Origin: Flaccisagitta enflata
Taxonomy: Eukaryota
Length of the DNA: 64,000 bases
Direction of reading: 5' to 3'
NCBI GenBank assembly: GCA_965153355.1
Contig: OZ231126.1
Coordinates: forward strand, 21,762,001 to 21,826,000
How positions within the stretch are numbered: the stretch's first letter is position 1; every line of letters begins with the position of its first letter. Of this stretch, positions 14,867 to 30,841 are shown piece by piece. The translations under genes were made by a program, and so were the position numbers. The notes below the pieces were generated by a model. That model worked only from the letters and a program-made list of their open reading frames with translations. It made no database searches and was not told the DNA's origin.

Positions 14867-15055
14867 CGATGACGATGACGATGATTATGATGACGAATAT
14901 GTTGACGATGATGATGCTGATGATTAAGATGCAATATTCTGTAAAGATATCGTGGATTTCTCGATTTGGACGAATGCGTAACCAACCGACCGACCAACCG
15001 ACCAACGGACGGACATGGCCTATTATAGAGATGCGAGGACGCATCTAAAAAAGTG
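13002..15055. mobile_element. TA-flanked MITE whose right TIR is split by a 1.6-kb composite HINE (13419-15046)
   Basis: Left TA|cacttttttttttataagaac; right gttcttacagaaaa...[insert]...aaaaaagtg|TA. Confidence 0.6.
13419..15046 (-). mobile_element. Composite HINE (GATGCGTCC subfamily) with a 15-bp array, (GAT)n tracts and three tandem termini
   Basis: Starts acaaggccagataggccaacgatgcgtcc; (atggtctttctttat)n at 13455-13680; the terminus gagatgcraggacgcatct occurs at ~13850, ~14665 and ~15030. Confidence 0.65.
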
Positions 15056-15356
15056 TATTGAAAGTATGCGGGATTTTTTGTTGTTGTTCGCCGATTTCTG
15101 TTACCCTTGTACCCTTGCACCCTTGCATTCTCGTACCCTTGTACCCCGGTGCTCAAAATAATCTTTGACCAACAATTGCAATGGTGTAGGTTGATCATCA
15201 CCTTAAAATTGTAGTGAATTTTGGTTGGTTGGTTGGTTGATGGTCGTTTGGTTGGTTGGTTTCGTTTAATGACTCACTCAAAAACTCTACCCCTCCATCA
15301 TTTTCATGTCAGATTGTTTGATAAATATCACATCTCTCCAACTCTCAGAAGAAAAA

Positions 15357-15578
15357 ACAAGGCCGGATACACGGCTACCCCAGTCGCGTGCGGGTGGGCA
15401 GGGGCCATAAATGAAGTCACTCCATCATTTGGGCAGGAGCAGTGAGGCCAAAAACCGCAAAAACCCAAAAAAGTAAAGTGTGACGGACAGATGGACGGAC
15501 CGACGGACCGACGGACGGACGGACCGACGGACGGACCGACAAAGCGGGGTGTAGAGTCGCGTAGCACGCGACTAAAAA
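15357..15578 (-). mobile_element. HINE-like element
   Basis: acaaggccggatacacggc...agtcgcgtgc...(GGAC)n...gcacgcgact-aaaaa; lies about 60 bp upstream of Hox exon 2. Confidence 0.75.
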
Positions 15579-15635
15579 CGTTTTTTTTTCTTTAAGATTG
15601 ATTTATATCAAACACATTTCATTGCGTCCTTGCAG

Positions 15636-15853
15636 ACGTTACGCGGCGGCGACGTCTCTCAACCCTCATCACCCTTCGTCCTTCGAAAATCCGTCTTCCT
15701 CCATCTATCCGTCGGCGGCCGCCGCAGCCGCAGCCGCCGCAGCAGCCGGACTGACTTCGACTCAACAGTACCTGGCGGGGGTGACAGCCGGGGTGACGGG
15801 GTACTCGTCCCATCGAGGACTCGACTTCAACAAGATTGACAGTAACTGCTTAG
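15636..15853 (+). CDS. Posterior Hox gene, coding exon 2 (RYAAATSLNPHH...IDSNCL)
   Basis: Acceptor tccttgcag| at 15635 and donor TAG|GTGAGA at 15854. Phase 2 in, phase 1 out keeps exons 1-3 in one frame; contains a poly-Ala tract. Confidence 0.85.
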
Positions 15854-15918
15854 GTGAGAATGGAGAAAGGAGCCTTTCATCCCAGCCGCCCCGAAACGCA
15901 GACGAAGCGCGGGACTGA

Positions 15919-15994
<76 letters not shown>

Positions 15995-16076
15995 AGATAG
16001 ACAGAGAGACACAGTCACCGTCAGACAGACAGACAGACAGGCTGAGACAAACAGCCAGACGGACGGACAGACAGGC

Positions 16077-16135
<59 letters not shown>

Positions 16136-16407
16136 GATGAGGGAGAGACAGACATTTGCACATGTCAAATATACATAGATACATCAGCCAACAAGACAAA
16201 TTGTAAAACACTTATAAAATTTCAACAAAAAAGTTGTCAGGGCTGGCTAAGAAAGTACAACATTATCATATCGGGGTTAAAAATGCACCAACACTCAAAC
16301 AGAAAAAAGATTTATGCAAAATACAGTTGGTACAAACTGGGACAAAATGCACATTGACAATAAAGCATACATGTGTATGAACAGGAGTAGAGTGCACGAA
16401 GGGATAA

Positions 16408-16593
16408 ACAAGGCCGGATACACGGCCATCAGTTGCGGACGGGTGGGCAAGGGCGGAAATGCAACTGTCGGCAACTAAAGATAATCTAAAACGCTCATTT
16501 CCTCACTTTTCGACCCGTGTCCACGGACCAACCAACCGACCAACGGACGGACGGACAAAGCCTCTTATAGAGTTGCGTGTCCGCAACTAAAAA
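16408..16593 (-). mobile_element. HINE-like element
   Basis: Subterminal AGTTGCGGAC / terminal GTCCGCAACT inverted pair. Confidence 0.75.
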
Positions 16594-16762
16594 GAACAAA
16601 ATGCATACAGAAAAGTGAAGACAAAAGGCACACATTTGGGGGATGGAAAAACCTTTGGCCGAAAAGTCGAAAAGCGAATTTCGATGTTATCGACTTTTCC
16701 CCCCTCAAAGGCAAAAAGAATTATTGCCTGACGCATGTAATAACGATCAGAAAAGAGACTAG

Positions 16763-17240
<478 letters not shown>

Positions 17241-17351
17241 GTTTTTCGGCTTTTCTGTGTAATTGATCTTGTCTATTTTTCTTTTTGTCCCAATGACTTT
17301 ACTGACGGCATGTCTGTCTCGTCTGTCTGCATGTCTATCTTTTTCCGTAAT

Positions 17352-17459
<108 letters not shown>

Positions 17460-18658
17460 ACCTCTTTGACAATAAATACTAATGCTTAACTGCATGGGTT
17501 GGGCCTTGGGCTTTGGGCCTCCTTTTTGGGGTCCGGCCCGACCATCCGACGATTACAGAGGAGGGCCCTGTAATAAGCTCAGACTTCCTCGATCTTGCCT
17601 CATCTTTGTGGTTTGTTTTATTTCTTTTTTCTGGCCGTAAATATTTCCCTCTTGATTAGCGGTGTAGGATCGTTAAAGATGATGTTTTTACGATACCAGT
17701 TTCTTTTTAATTATTTTCTTTTCTTTACAGCTTTTTTTTCAAAATTCGTCATTTTACGTATGTTTTTACATATCTATTTTAGTAAACATCTTTCGGCCGT
17801 CTTTCTGTCTGTTGCTTGGTTACATTTTCGCTCAACCTATCATCGGGCACACATCATGGCCTGATTGTCCTGGTTTTTGTTTTTTGTTTTTTTGTGTTTT
17901 GTGTTTTGTGTTTTGTGTTTTGTGTTTTGTGTTTTGGGTTTTGGGTTTTGTGTTTCGTTTTGTTTTGTTTTCAAATAGCTCTCTTTCTTTTTTACTTTTT
18001 TTTGCCGCAAAAAGAAAAAAGAGAGCTGGACTTTTCCCATTTCACCGGCACGGTCAAATGGTTTCGAAACTCGAGCTATCCATAAATCGTGGCTCTAAGC
18101 TTGGTTTATGTTTTGAGTTGGAAATCATAAATCTCAATTCAAACTTTTTTTCCCCGCATCCTCACCCCCCCTCCCACCCGTCTTCCCCTCTTCGAGTTAA
18201 TGGTCAGCCAGAGGATGAGTCATAATGAATCTTTGGTCACTCTTGACCATCCTCATTTCCCATCCTATCTGAATCATCTGCTGCCTTGTCTCATTTGTCA
18301 AGGGGGAAAAATCCACTACGTTGGACACCTGTCAAATAAGCGAAATAAATGCATTGCAATACAAAGGCCCATATTTTACTCGAAACCCCGTGATTTTGCA
18401 ATGAAAGTTTTATGCAATATTTTTCCGTTGGTTGATATGTTTAAACTATTACTAACACAACTTAGTTGGATGAAATCGGAGAGTTTTAGTGTGACAGCCC
18501 CCCAAAATTGGATTTTTTTTTGGCTTCAATTGATCACCTGGCCTCGAGTGGGGATGGAAGACGATATTCATTGACATAATAAGTATATCGTAAAATGTAA
18601 CGTCCTCAATCTAAAAGGCAAATATGAAATTGAAATTTTGCTGATATATATATATATT

Positions 18659-20342
<1,684 letters not shown>

Positions 20343-20849
20343 CCCTCTCATCCCCGTCCTTCGTCGGGATGTTCGATTAAAAGGCCATCATTCTTTCCAG
20401 TTCTTCGTCAATTTGGGCTCTCGAGTTAGTCTCATCCACGTTTTGGTTTGACATGAAATGGCCGATAGATCAACATCGCCTTCTTTAATGTTCTGATGCA
20501 GATCGTGCCGCGCATTTTAGGGCGTAAACGCGGCTTACTTTGATGCATTTTCGGCTGCTCTTTAGGCCTTTGGGTGAACATTGTCCCAGTAAATGGAGGC
20601 CGATGGGTGTGGATATGTTTGGCTTTTTATGTTTTACTCATCGAGGCATTGTATCTTTTGCTACCCGATACCAACTTGATATTTTCTATTTCTTGGCGGG
20701 AACAAGTACATTTAATAACCCTTAGGCGAATATCGCTGTACCATTTGAAAAAGAATTGCTAGTATGAACAACCATCAGAGTAGATTGAACATTTGAAATA
20801 ACATTAAAGTAATGTGGTACAAAATAGCGTATCATTCCAAAATCACGAA

Positions 20850-21010
<161 letters not shown>

Positions 21011-21018
21011 TCTTTCAT

Positions 21019-21093
<75 letters not shown>

Positions 21094-21336
21094 CTCTTTC
21101 TTTCATTCTTTCTATCTTTCTTTCTGTCCTTCTTTCATTCTTTCTATCTTTCTTTTTTTCTTTCTTTCGATGGCAATGAAACCATGATCTTCACACTGCT
21201 AAGCGAACCAAACTGACCGACAAGGTTTGTCACAAGCCGATGATCCCAAAGAATTCTCAAAGATGAGTGAGATTGCACGTAAAATTGAGAGGAAATCAAG
21301 GGAGCATCATGATCGATGCGGTGATCGAGTGAATAG

Positions 21337-21396
<60 letters not shown>

Positions 21397-21930
21397 TGTG
21401 TGTTTGTGTGTGTGCTAATTTGCATGTTGTAGCATATCACGTTTATACAATCGCAAAATCATATGCAAAAAACGATTCTTTCCCAAGTTACTTGACAGAT
21501 ATAGGCTGATGGAAGTCAAAGATTCTGCTATTTGAACTGAGCTAGATATTGCTTTTTTATTTGAACAGCTTCGATACTTTTTGCATTTGTGAGCGAGACA
21601 TCTTTTCATTACGGATTTAATCAGTGAAAAAAAGTACCTGTCTTTTCTTACCTTTACATGGTTGCTGTAACAGTAGCTCACATTAAATCTCTAAATTTTA
21701 GGGCATCCACAAACTGAGATCTCTCGGTTGTAAGCTGGTTGCCTCCTTATTGGACCAAGCCTCTACATCAGCTTGAGCAGGCGTAAACGAGTTGAAAATG
21801 AAATATTTTTTCACATGTAAACAAGGTGTGAAAAATCATTTCACAAAAACCTTGGTATCCTAAGCAAAATCGTTAAACTAGGTTTTTTCTCATTTCTTCA
21901 TCGTCCCCCCCCCACTTCAATTTTCAACAG

Positions 21931-22784
21931 ACCCGACAAACTTCTTCCACGCGTGTACTTCCGGCGGAAAATGCCGGACAAAGCGGAAGCCCTACGAGAA
22001 ATGGGTCACTTACTTGCTCGAGGAAGAATATCTTTCCAACACTTACATCACCAAGCAAAAGCGTTACGAGCTCTCATACAGAACCAGTCTCACAGAACGG
22101 CAAGTGAAGATTTGGTTTCAAAACCGTAGGATGAAAAGCAAGAAACTGCGAGAGAGATCGACTTCCGGCGCCACCGGAAATGAAGATGACGACTCAGATG
22201 ACGACATCGACGACGCAGATGACGACGATATTCGAGGTGGAGCGCCCCCTCCTCCGCCACCGCCGCCACAACAGCAACAATTACACCAACAGTTACAACA
22301 ATCACAGCATCATCAACAGCAACCTTCGACGGCGCCACCACAACCATTGGCGCCCAATGGAATCCCAGCGCCCTCGATGGCAAGTTTCGTAGCATCTACG
22401 TCACCAACGCCACCTCATGAATCAGCGGCGACAGCGGCGGCAGCGGCGGCGGCGGTGGCGGCAGCGGCAGCTTCAGTAGCGGCCTCGTCTTCAACCCCGT
22501 CATTATCATCGACGCCGCCAAAAGCCCACGTCGGTTCCTCTCCCCACTCTTCCTTGGAGCCCCGCCCACCACCCGCCCATTCGACCAACCTCAACCACGT
22601 CCTTAACAAAACCGGCGCTCCTTTTGGCTCCTTGGCGCCGGCTACGACTTCCTTGGCGCCGATTCCCGGCCTCATGACGCCGTCGGCGATGTCGATGGCG
22701 TCGCCGGAAACGCTGGCGGCCGCCGCAGCGGCCATTTCCGCTCTTTCAAATGGACACGCCAGAAATGGCGACATTGAAAGGTGA
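21931..22784 (+). CDS. Posterior Hox gene, coding exon 3 with homeodomain (Abd-B/Post/Hox9-13 class) and long C-terminal tail
   Basis: Acceptor ttttcaacag| at 21930. Encodes [14 protein letters not shown], then the homeodomain [60 protein letters not shown] (21972-22151). The KRxPY arm and [16 protein letters not shown] are diagnostic of posterior Hox. Stop TGA 22782-22784; spliced CDS 1716 nt = 571 aa. Confidence 0.95.
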
Positions 22785-22944
22785 AGGAGGAAATGGCGTC
22801 AAACTGACATGAAAGGACAATCAACACTGTTGACAACAGTGGATAGGTTTCTTCTCATTCTTCTTGAGCAAAGAGAAGAAGGAACAAAAACAAAAAAAAG
22901 ACCAGAAGAAGTAATCATTGTTATTTGTCTGCAACGAGGTACAA

Positions 22945-23051
<107 letters not shown>

Positions 23052-23215
23052 TCCTTTTTCTACTCAAATATCTTCGCCGCCCCTCATGATGCAAACTGCC
23101 GTTAGAGATTTTCTGTTTTGTTTTGTTTTTTTTTCCCTACGCTGTTTCTATGCTTCCTTTTCATTTCCATCTTGCATTCTTTTATTTTCTTTCTTTCTTT
23201 CTTTCTTTCTTTTTT

Positions 23216-23263
<48 letters not shown>

Positions 23264-23267
23264 TCCT

Positions 23268-23311
<44 letters not shown>

Positions 23312-24410
23312 TTTCTTTCTTTCTTTCTCTCTTTATTTCCTATTTTCTTTACTTCATATATTTTGATCTATATCCTTTTATTCTTGCTTCAAGGGTTTCA
23401 TTCTTTCATCGGTCAATAGGTTGATTTATTCGCGCATTCATAAAATCATGTGTTCTTTTATTCTTAATCAAGTCTGTTTTTATTTTCTAGTGCGTTGCTC
23501 AATTACGTTTCAAACCATTCATTCTCATCATGAACAATATATTCTTTTATGTGACGTTTGGTTGTGATACTTCATTTTTGCCGTTTCTAAGTCAATATTT
23601 GGTTCCCTTGATCGAACTGTTTATTTCGTTCTGCCTAGTCATCAAACTTGCATATTCAAAGAATTAGATATAAGTTTTCTGATTTGCTTTTAGAAATCTG
23701 TTCCTTAAATTTTGATTTATTCTCAAATTGTATGATGAAGTACTCTTTCTTTTACTTTTTGCTCTGCTAAGGAAACCAATGACAGAGGTACAACATATCG
23801 TATAAGTGTTCGTCTATATGCACATGTTACATGTTTCTTTTTTCTTAATAAAAAATCGTGTCCTCCCCTCATTCCTATTTTCATTGAGCGTAGTGTTTTA
23901 AATGAGTGATGTGACCGACCTAGTGGTCGATAAAAAGATTGTCCGTCTTCTGTCAAATAAACAAACTATCATATGTACTGACGGACAGACTGGAAAGAAG
24001 CATTACCCTATTTCGACCATCGGCCTGACCATGAACTTTGCCCCCTACAAAGATCCGAGGAATCGCATTGGTTGATTCGTTCAATATCGGACGGGATGTC
24101 TGTTCTCGATCGAGGTAGTTTAAAAACAAAAACAAACACTTTGAAACATTCAAATATGTTTCCTCTGAGGTACAATTTTAGTCTCTCTGTCTCTATCGAT
24201 GCCATGCGTTCTTATTAAACTTGTGATAATTTACATTTGCATTGAATCAATGAATTCAATTTTTTGCTCGTACTCAGAAACGTAAAAAAAAAAGATGAAG
24301 AAATTGTCCCGTTGCGTAATCCATTCCTGTACTACTTACCATTGTATACAAGTATGTACATCCTATCATTTACACATTCTTATTACAATTTGTCTCCTGT
24401 CATTATTGAG

Positions 24411-24416
24411 AATAAA
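24411..24416 (+). promoter_or_regulatory. Candidate polyadenylation signal of the Hox gene
   Basis: AATAAA followed by a GT/T-rich stretch (aatgtgttcttttg), about 1.6 kb after the stop; sequence changes to tandem repeats soon after. Confidence 0.45.
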
Positions 24417-24699
24417 CCTGGTTAATTTATTCAGTCTACCAATGTGTTCTTTTGACCCTAGAAGATGGATTTAAAAATCCTTGTCGTGATGTTCATTATT
24501 GATCATTGATAGAATAATGGATAACGAATAATGGATGGATGAGATAAATCAACCACTGATATCGATGAACAAATCACGAATCACGAATCACGTCAGAGAG
24601 CAGTGTGGTAAAATTAAGTTTTTCATGATTCGTCTAATGCAGTTAGTAAAGACAGACCGCGTGCGTTAGACAGTTTGCGTTTAACATCGGTTATTGAGT

Positions 24700-25170
24700 C
24701 CAACAGCGTTTCGTGCACTAGTCATTTATAAGTTACAAGTTGATCATTCCGTCCACCATGTGAGCCCATACAGATAGACAGACCAACAGACCGAAAAAGT
24801 AAAATACAGTGTGTCATGTACAAGTTACATGTAAATTCCATGTGGGCCCATACAGATATACCGACAAACAGACTCATAAAGTGAAGTACAGTATGTCATG
24901 TACAAGTTACTTGTAAATTCCATGTCGGTCATTTCGTGCACCATTAGGGGCCCATACAGATAAACAGACCAACAGACTGACAAAGTGAAGTACAGTGTGA
25001 CGTGTACAAGTTACTTGTAAATTCCATGTCGGTCATTCCGTCCACCATGTGGGCCTATATACAGAAAGACAGACGGACAGAACAGCATGGTGAAGTATAG
25101 TATTTCGTGCACGAGTCATTTGTGAGTTTTATGTCGGTCATTTCGTCCACCATATGGGTCCATCACATTC
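24700..25170. repeat. ~90-bp degenerate tandem repeat
   Basis: Recurring ggcccatacaga, tacaagttac and gtaaattccatgt. Confidence 0.75.
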
Positions 25171-25652
25171 AAAAAATCACGAGGGCATCAAAAAGTCGTT
25201 TGGTGAAAGGAAGGAGAAGCTAATATCTTTTCCTATTAGGTCTCCTCCTTCTTAGTCCAATAAGCTTTCTTCCCAGTTTTATTAGCCTAGTAAAAAGCTC
25301 CACTTACTCCCTTTTTTCCCCAAAGGCGACGGCGAGACTTTTTCCCTCCTTTGGCTCACATTCTCTGTCTCTGTCTTTAACTGTCTGTCTGTCTGTCAAT
25401 CCGTCTGTCTGTCAGTCTGTCTGTCTGTCAGTCTGACTGTCTGTCGGTCTGTCTGTCGATCTTTCTGCCTCTCGGTTCTGTCTGTGAACTACTTCACTTT
25501 CTTTTTATCTGCTTCTTTTCCTGTCTGTCTGACCATTCATTAGTCTGTAGGCTGTTCCCCTCTCTGCCCAACTGTCTGACTATAGTACAGCTGATAGACG
25601 CTGTTTGTTGGAATGTCCGCCAGTCGCTCTGCCCATCTATCTGTCTCTCTGT

Positions 25653-25756
<104 letters not shown>

Positions 25757-25996
25757 TCATTTTTCTTAATCATGTTTAATGTTAAGGGCGATATACTGTC
25801 GGTGTAATGGAATGAGATGAAAATTCATGGCAAAATGATGTAGCACCCATTTCCAAGCTTTGATGCAAAGAACCCGTGGGAGGAAAGCATGACACCTAAG
25901 TAATATTGCCATATTTTTTGTCAAAAACTACCTGGACAAAATTGACAACATTTCATGAAATGCGTTGATAACTTTCCCTGGATATTGACGCACAGC

Positions 25997-26379
25997 TTTT
26001 TAGTCGCGTGCTACATGACTCTACAAACTGCTTTGTCGGTCGGTCGGTCGGTCGGTCGGTCGGTCGGTCGGTTGGTCAGTCACATTTTACTTTTTTTTTT
26101 CGTTTTATTCCTATGAAGTCATTTTATGTCAATTAAGTCATTTAAAGTCAATTAGGTCATTTAAAGTCATTTTAAGTCAATTTAAGTCATTTTTGTCACT
26201 TGAGTCATTTTGGGTCAATTTAAGTCAATTTAGGTCATTTTAAGTTATTTTAGGTCATCAAAATCATTTTATGTCATTTTTAGTCATATAAATTCAATGA
26301 AAGTCATTTTGATCATGTGGTTATATAATAAGGCACTAATGTAAGTCTAGCACACGACTTTTAGGTGTTGCCCTTGTTT
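25997..26379 (+). mobile_element. HINE-like element with an internal aagtcattt array
   Basis: ttttt-agtcgcgtgc, (GGTC)n, 9-10 bp array, 3' gcacacgact...cccttgttt. Confidence 0.65.
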
Positions 26380-26524
26380 AAAGAATTCGTGATTGATTCT
26401 TTCATTTCAGAAAATAAGAGGATTGATTAACGATACATTAGGCTCGGGCATCAAGCTCCAAGGTAGAACCATGAAAGTAGCTCGCTATCGACAAAAGAGC
26501 CCACGAGGTACATTGAACAAGTGT

Positions 26525-26587
<63 letters not shown>

Positions 26588-26930
26588 TAGAGAGAGAAAT
26601 TGAACGAGAGGCGTTGTCGTTGGGGGATTTATGTCGCGGCAATCAGTCTGAATTACGAGGGAAACGGCGCTTAACTCTGCTGCAAATGGCTTCGCGCACC
26701 TCGTTTACTTCCCTTATGTCATCCAATCCAAGAGCTGGCCTCAATCTCGAAACGCCGCAAACTGCCAAAGCCATCTAACGGCGACGAAAAGCAATGTCGT
26801 AGAGAAAAAAATCGAACAACGAGAATTTCCTGCACTACCTTTCTTTCTCTCTTTTTTTCTTTCTTTCTCTTTTTCTTTTTCTCTTTTTCTTTTTCGTTTT
26901 TTTCTCTCTTTTTTTTTCTCTGTTTTTTTT

Positions 26931-27006
<76 letters not shown>

Positions 27007-27917
27007 TCATTTCTTCTCTCTTTCTTTCTTTTTTTTCTTCTTTCTTTTTCTTTTCTTTTCTTTCAATTCCTTCATCCTTTCTCGTTTTCGTTCTTTTATA
27101 GTTTCATTCTTTGCTTGTTTCCCTCTTTATGTCTTTTTTCCTCTCTTTTTCAGGGACAGCACGCCGTCGGTCCGTTCGTCCGTCCGTCCGTAATATTTTT
27201 GAATTGCAAGCGGATTTTGCATTACTGCTCCTGCCCAACCGTCCGCGACTGGACTGCCGTGTATCTGGCCTTGTTTCTGTCAAATGAACATCCGATGCAC
27301 TGAACGATTAAAACAGAATCTGTGAAAAGGCCTCATTATTAAAAGTTAGAGACGTTGTCACTAGTTACGGTCCATTACCTTGGCGAAGAGGCCGATGTCT
27401 CATATAAACGTGAAGTGAACGTGCATGGATTGGATTGGATCGGATTGCACTGCATGTTACGTGCCTACAGAGTAAGAGGGAAAGACATTGTGTCTTGATC
27501 GGATTTCAAAACCTATTCAGATTTTTTAAACGGTAAATTATGGTACCCAGAAACACAGCTCAATTTTTAATGTCCACTGCCAATCATATAAAGTGCAAAT
27601 GCAAATATTCAACATAATTTTCCATTTACCACACCATGGTTTCACTCAGGGGGTGCCTAGGAGTCATTCAATATGCCGTTTCCCTTTAGCATTCCTTTCC
27701 CTTAATGTCATTGACTTATACGTTAACCTATACGACATGAAATAGTAACACTCGATAACGCTGTATGAAGCAAAATGCAATATGCAATATGCAATATGCA
27801 AACAATCTCTATAACCACCCTTTCCTCCACCTCTGCTTCTCCTCCCTACTCAGCTTATCTCTCATGAGCTGTTGATCTGTGTGAAATTCAGCGAACATGG
27901 GTTTTATGTGTGTGAGA

Positions 27918-28007
<90 letters not shown>

Positions 28008-28461
28008 CATTCGCGACAAAATGTTCCCGCGTAAAGATGGAGTGACGTTCATCGATATGGGATATGACCAACAAAAGGCAGCGACAGAAACCACGATGAG
28101 TGAAAACTGATTTCTGATGTAGGGAGTTGGAATGGTGAAGCTTCGGAAAATTATAAATAAGAATAGAGCAGCACGAAGTTTTAAGAAATATTTTCTTTAA
28201 AACAAATGATCAAATGTTCAGATATAAATGAAGTCTTTCTGGCAGAAAAAAAAAGAAGAAGAAACTCTTGTGATATCATGGTTGTTTTTTTTTTATGATC
28301 AAGTTAAGGCACGTTATGAAGGCGTCGAAGCGATTTTATATAACTTGCTTTTGCTGCCTCTGCTTAATGTATGGTAAGAAAGACCTTGATGCCGTCATAA
28401 AATCACGGTACTAAACATAAAAGAGAAACTGGATCGCTCCTTGCCTCCCAACCTTCGACCT

Positions 28462-28544
<83 letters not shown>

Positions 28545-28689
28545 ATTTCTTTTTGAACGTTGTTCATACCCCTCACTCGTTATGCTACGTATTGGTCGAT
28601 CAGTCCTTTCAATGAGCAAAATTTGAGTGCCCATCATCCTAGGTTTTGGTCATATCCATGTACTTTGTAATCAATATATCAAACGGACC

Positions 28690-29100
28690 TGAATCAACAC
28701 TAGGTTTGGCAAGCGCTTGTTTTGAGTCCAGTCAACATGACTTCTGACCGGATTGAATGCATAACTAACGTACAGATACCTCGCAATCTGGAGTGAGTCA
28801 AGTATTAAATTAGTAAGGACATACGGGCTGTCATCGCTGACTGCAATTGATGCCTTGCAAACTGGATTGACTCAATCATCGAATGAATATGGACATACAG
28901 ACTGTCATCACCAACTGGAATCCATGACTTGCAAACTGGAATGACTCTTTCACCATTAGCAACATTGACATACGGTTTGTCATCGCTAGCTGTATTCTGT
29001 AATTGACGACTCGTGAACTGAAATGAATCAAACACCAGATGAATATGGACATACCGACTGTCACGACTGACTTGAATCGATGACTGGCAAACTGGAGTGA
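28690..29100. repeat. Degenerate tandem repeat
   Basis: Recurring gacatac..ctgtca..gcaaactgga. Confidence 0.6.
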
Positions 29101-29296
29101 CGATGGTTTGGCTTTTGTTGTCTTTTTATTTCTTGTCTCGTTTCTTTTATGGCCGTCGTAAAAGATGGCGCTCATGGCGTCGCCGTCGAATGCGGAGGTG
29201 GCTAAAACATGAAGAGAAGAAGGGTTGGAACAAGGAGGCAACGTGATGTGGCGTAAACATGGGTCGATGAAGGGCTGAAATGGAGAGGTTGAGATA

Positions 29297-29846
29297 CAGT
29301 ATGCTTCAACTCGATTGTACATTATACCACGGTGTAATTCAATAAGTTATAAAGATAACTAAATTCTGAAAAAAATACCTGAAAGGTTATTGTTTGGCAT
29401 TTAATACAAAACAATTCTCAGGGATTTTCTATGAAAGTTTGCTGCATTTTACACCCTGAGCAGCTGTGGGTCAAATTATGCAAAAAAGGTTATATTCCTC
29501 TCTTTTTTTAAAAAAACTACATTCATAGACAATTTCCCCTCTCTATTTAAAATATCTTAAAATTGAAACCTACCTGGAATGAAAATCTCGAAATTCTTTT
29601 AAAATAAGAGCAACATAAGAAAACATTTTTTTTAATTGAACAACATAATAACTTACTTTGCAAAGCATTATTTTTAGTCTATGAAATTTAAAGGGGATTA
29701 GATTTTTCCAGAAAATCACTGGAATAAATTGTCTTAAAATGCCAAACTATTACCTATAAAAGGTTTTTTTTTCCAGATTCAAATTATCTCTATTACTTCT
29801 AGAGTTATGCCGTCATATAATGTTACAAACGAGTTGAAACATACTG
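29297..29846. mobile_element. TA-flanked MITE, inverted copy of 47612-48173
   Basis: TA|cagtatgcttcaactcg ... cgagttgaaacatactg|TA. Confidence 0.8.
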
Positions 29847-30268
29847 TAGTAGAAACATGGAGAGAAGGGTTGGTACAAGAAGGCTAGGCGATGTGGCTAA
29901 GACATGGACCGATGAAAAGTAGGAATGGGGAGGAGGCCGTTTTACGTAGAGGTAATGGAGGGTTTGAACGTGAAGGGGTAGGAGAGAGGTCGTTATACAG
30001 AATTTGTATGCAAAAGTGCTCGAAACATGATCAGGATCACTGCACTAGAAAATGTATCTGTCAAAATGGGATAGGCTAAAAATAACATCAAATGATCCAT
30101 AGTTGGAAAAATAAGAGCAGGATCACTAGAAAGTGTATCCGTAATAAAACGTCAAAATGAGATAGGTTAAACATAACATCAAATGATCCATACTCGGAGT
30201 GAAAGAGAATCGAATGCTATGTATCATGGATGTGGTCTCATCAAGAAGAGATGAAGAAAACGACCCAA

Positions 30269-30841
30269 TTTGGGCAGCGGCCCCGAAGGGGTCGATGACC
30301 TAGGCTTTCACACAGGGGAATATTCTCCTTCTCCTCCTTCTCCTCCTCCTACGTCCATACCCGCCCCCTCAAAGCTCAGTCTCGAGGCCCAAATTCCAGT
30401 CTCGAGGCCCAAATCCCAGTCTTGAGGCCCAAATCCCAACCTCAAGGCCCAAATCCTAGTCTCAAAGCCATAATCCTAGCCTGGAGCTCAGATTTCAGTC
30501 TTGAAGCCTAAATCTCAGCCTCAAGGTCAAAATCTCAGCCAAGAGGCTCAGATCTCCGCCTTAAGGCCCAAATCTCAGCCTCCAGGCTAGGATTTAGGCC
30601 TTGAGGCTAGGATTTGGGCCTTGAGGCTGGGATTTGGGCCTCAAGACTGGGATTTGGGCCTTGAGACTGGGGTGGGCCTCGGACTGAGGAATGGATGGGT
30701 AGGAGGAAGGAGGAGAAGGAAAAATACCCTGTGTGAAAAGCATATCGACCCCGGGGCCCTCACCTCCCCCCTCAACTTCAACCACAACCTACTTAGGCAG
30801 GACACGGGTACCGCTGACCATCTAACGCTTTTGCGACTATT
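30269..30841 (+). mobile_element. Non-autonomous repeat with ~21-bp gaggcccaaatcccag arrays (second copy at ~63020-63530)
   Basis: Both copies share the 3' end cgggtaccgctgaccatct.acgcttttgcgactatt. The 5' gggcagcggcccc is complementary to the subterminal ggggccgctgccc. Confidence 0.7.
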
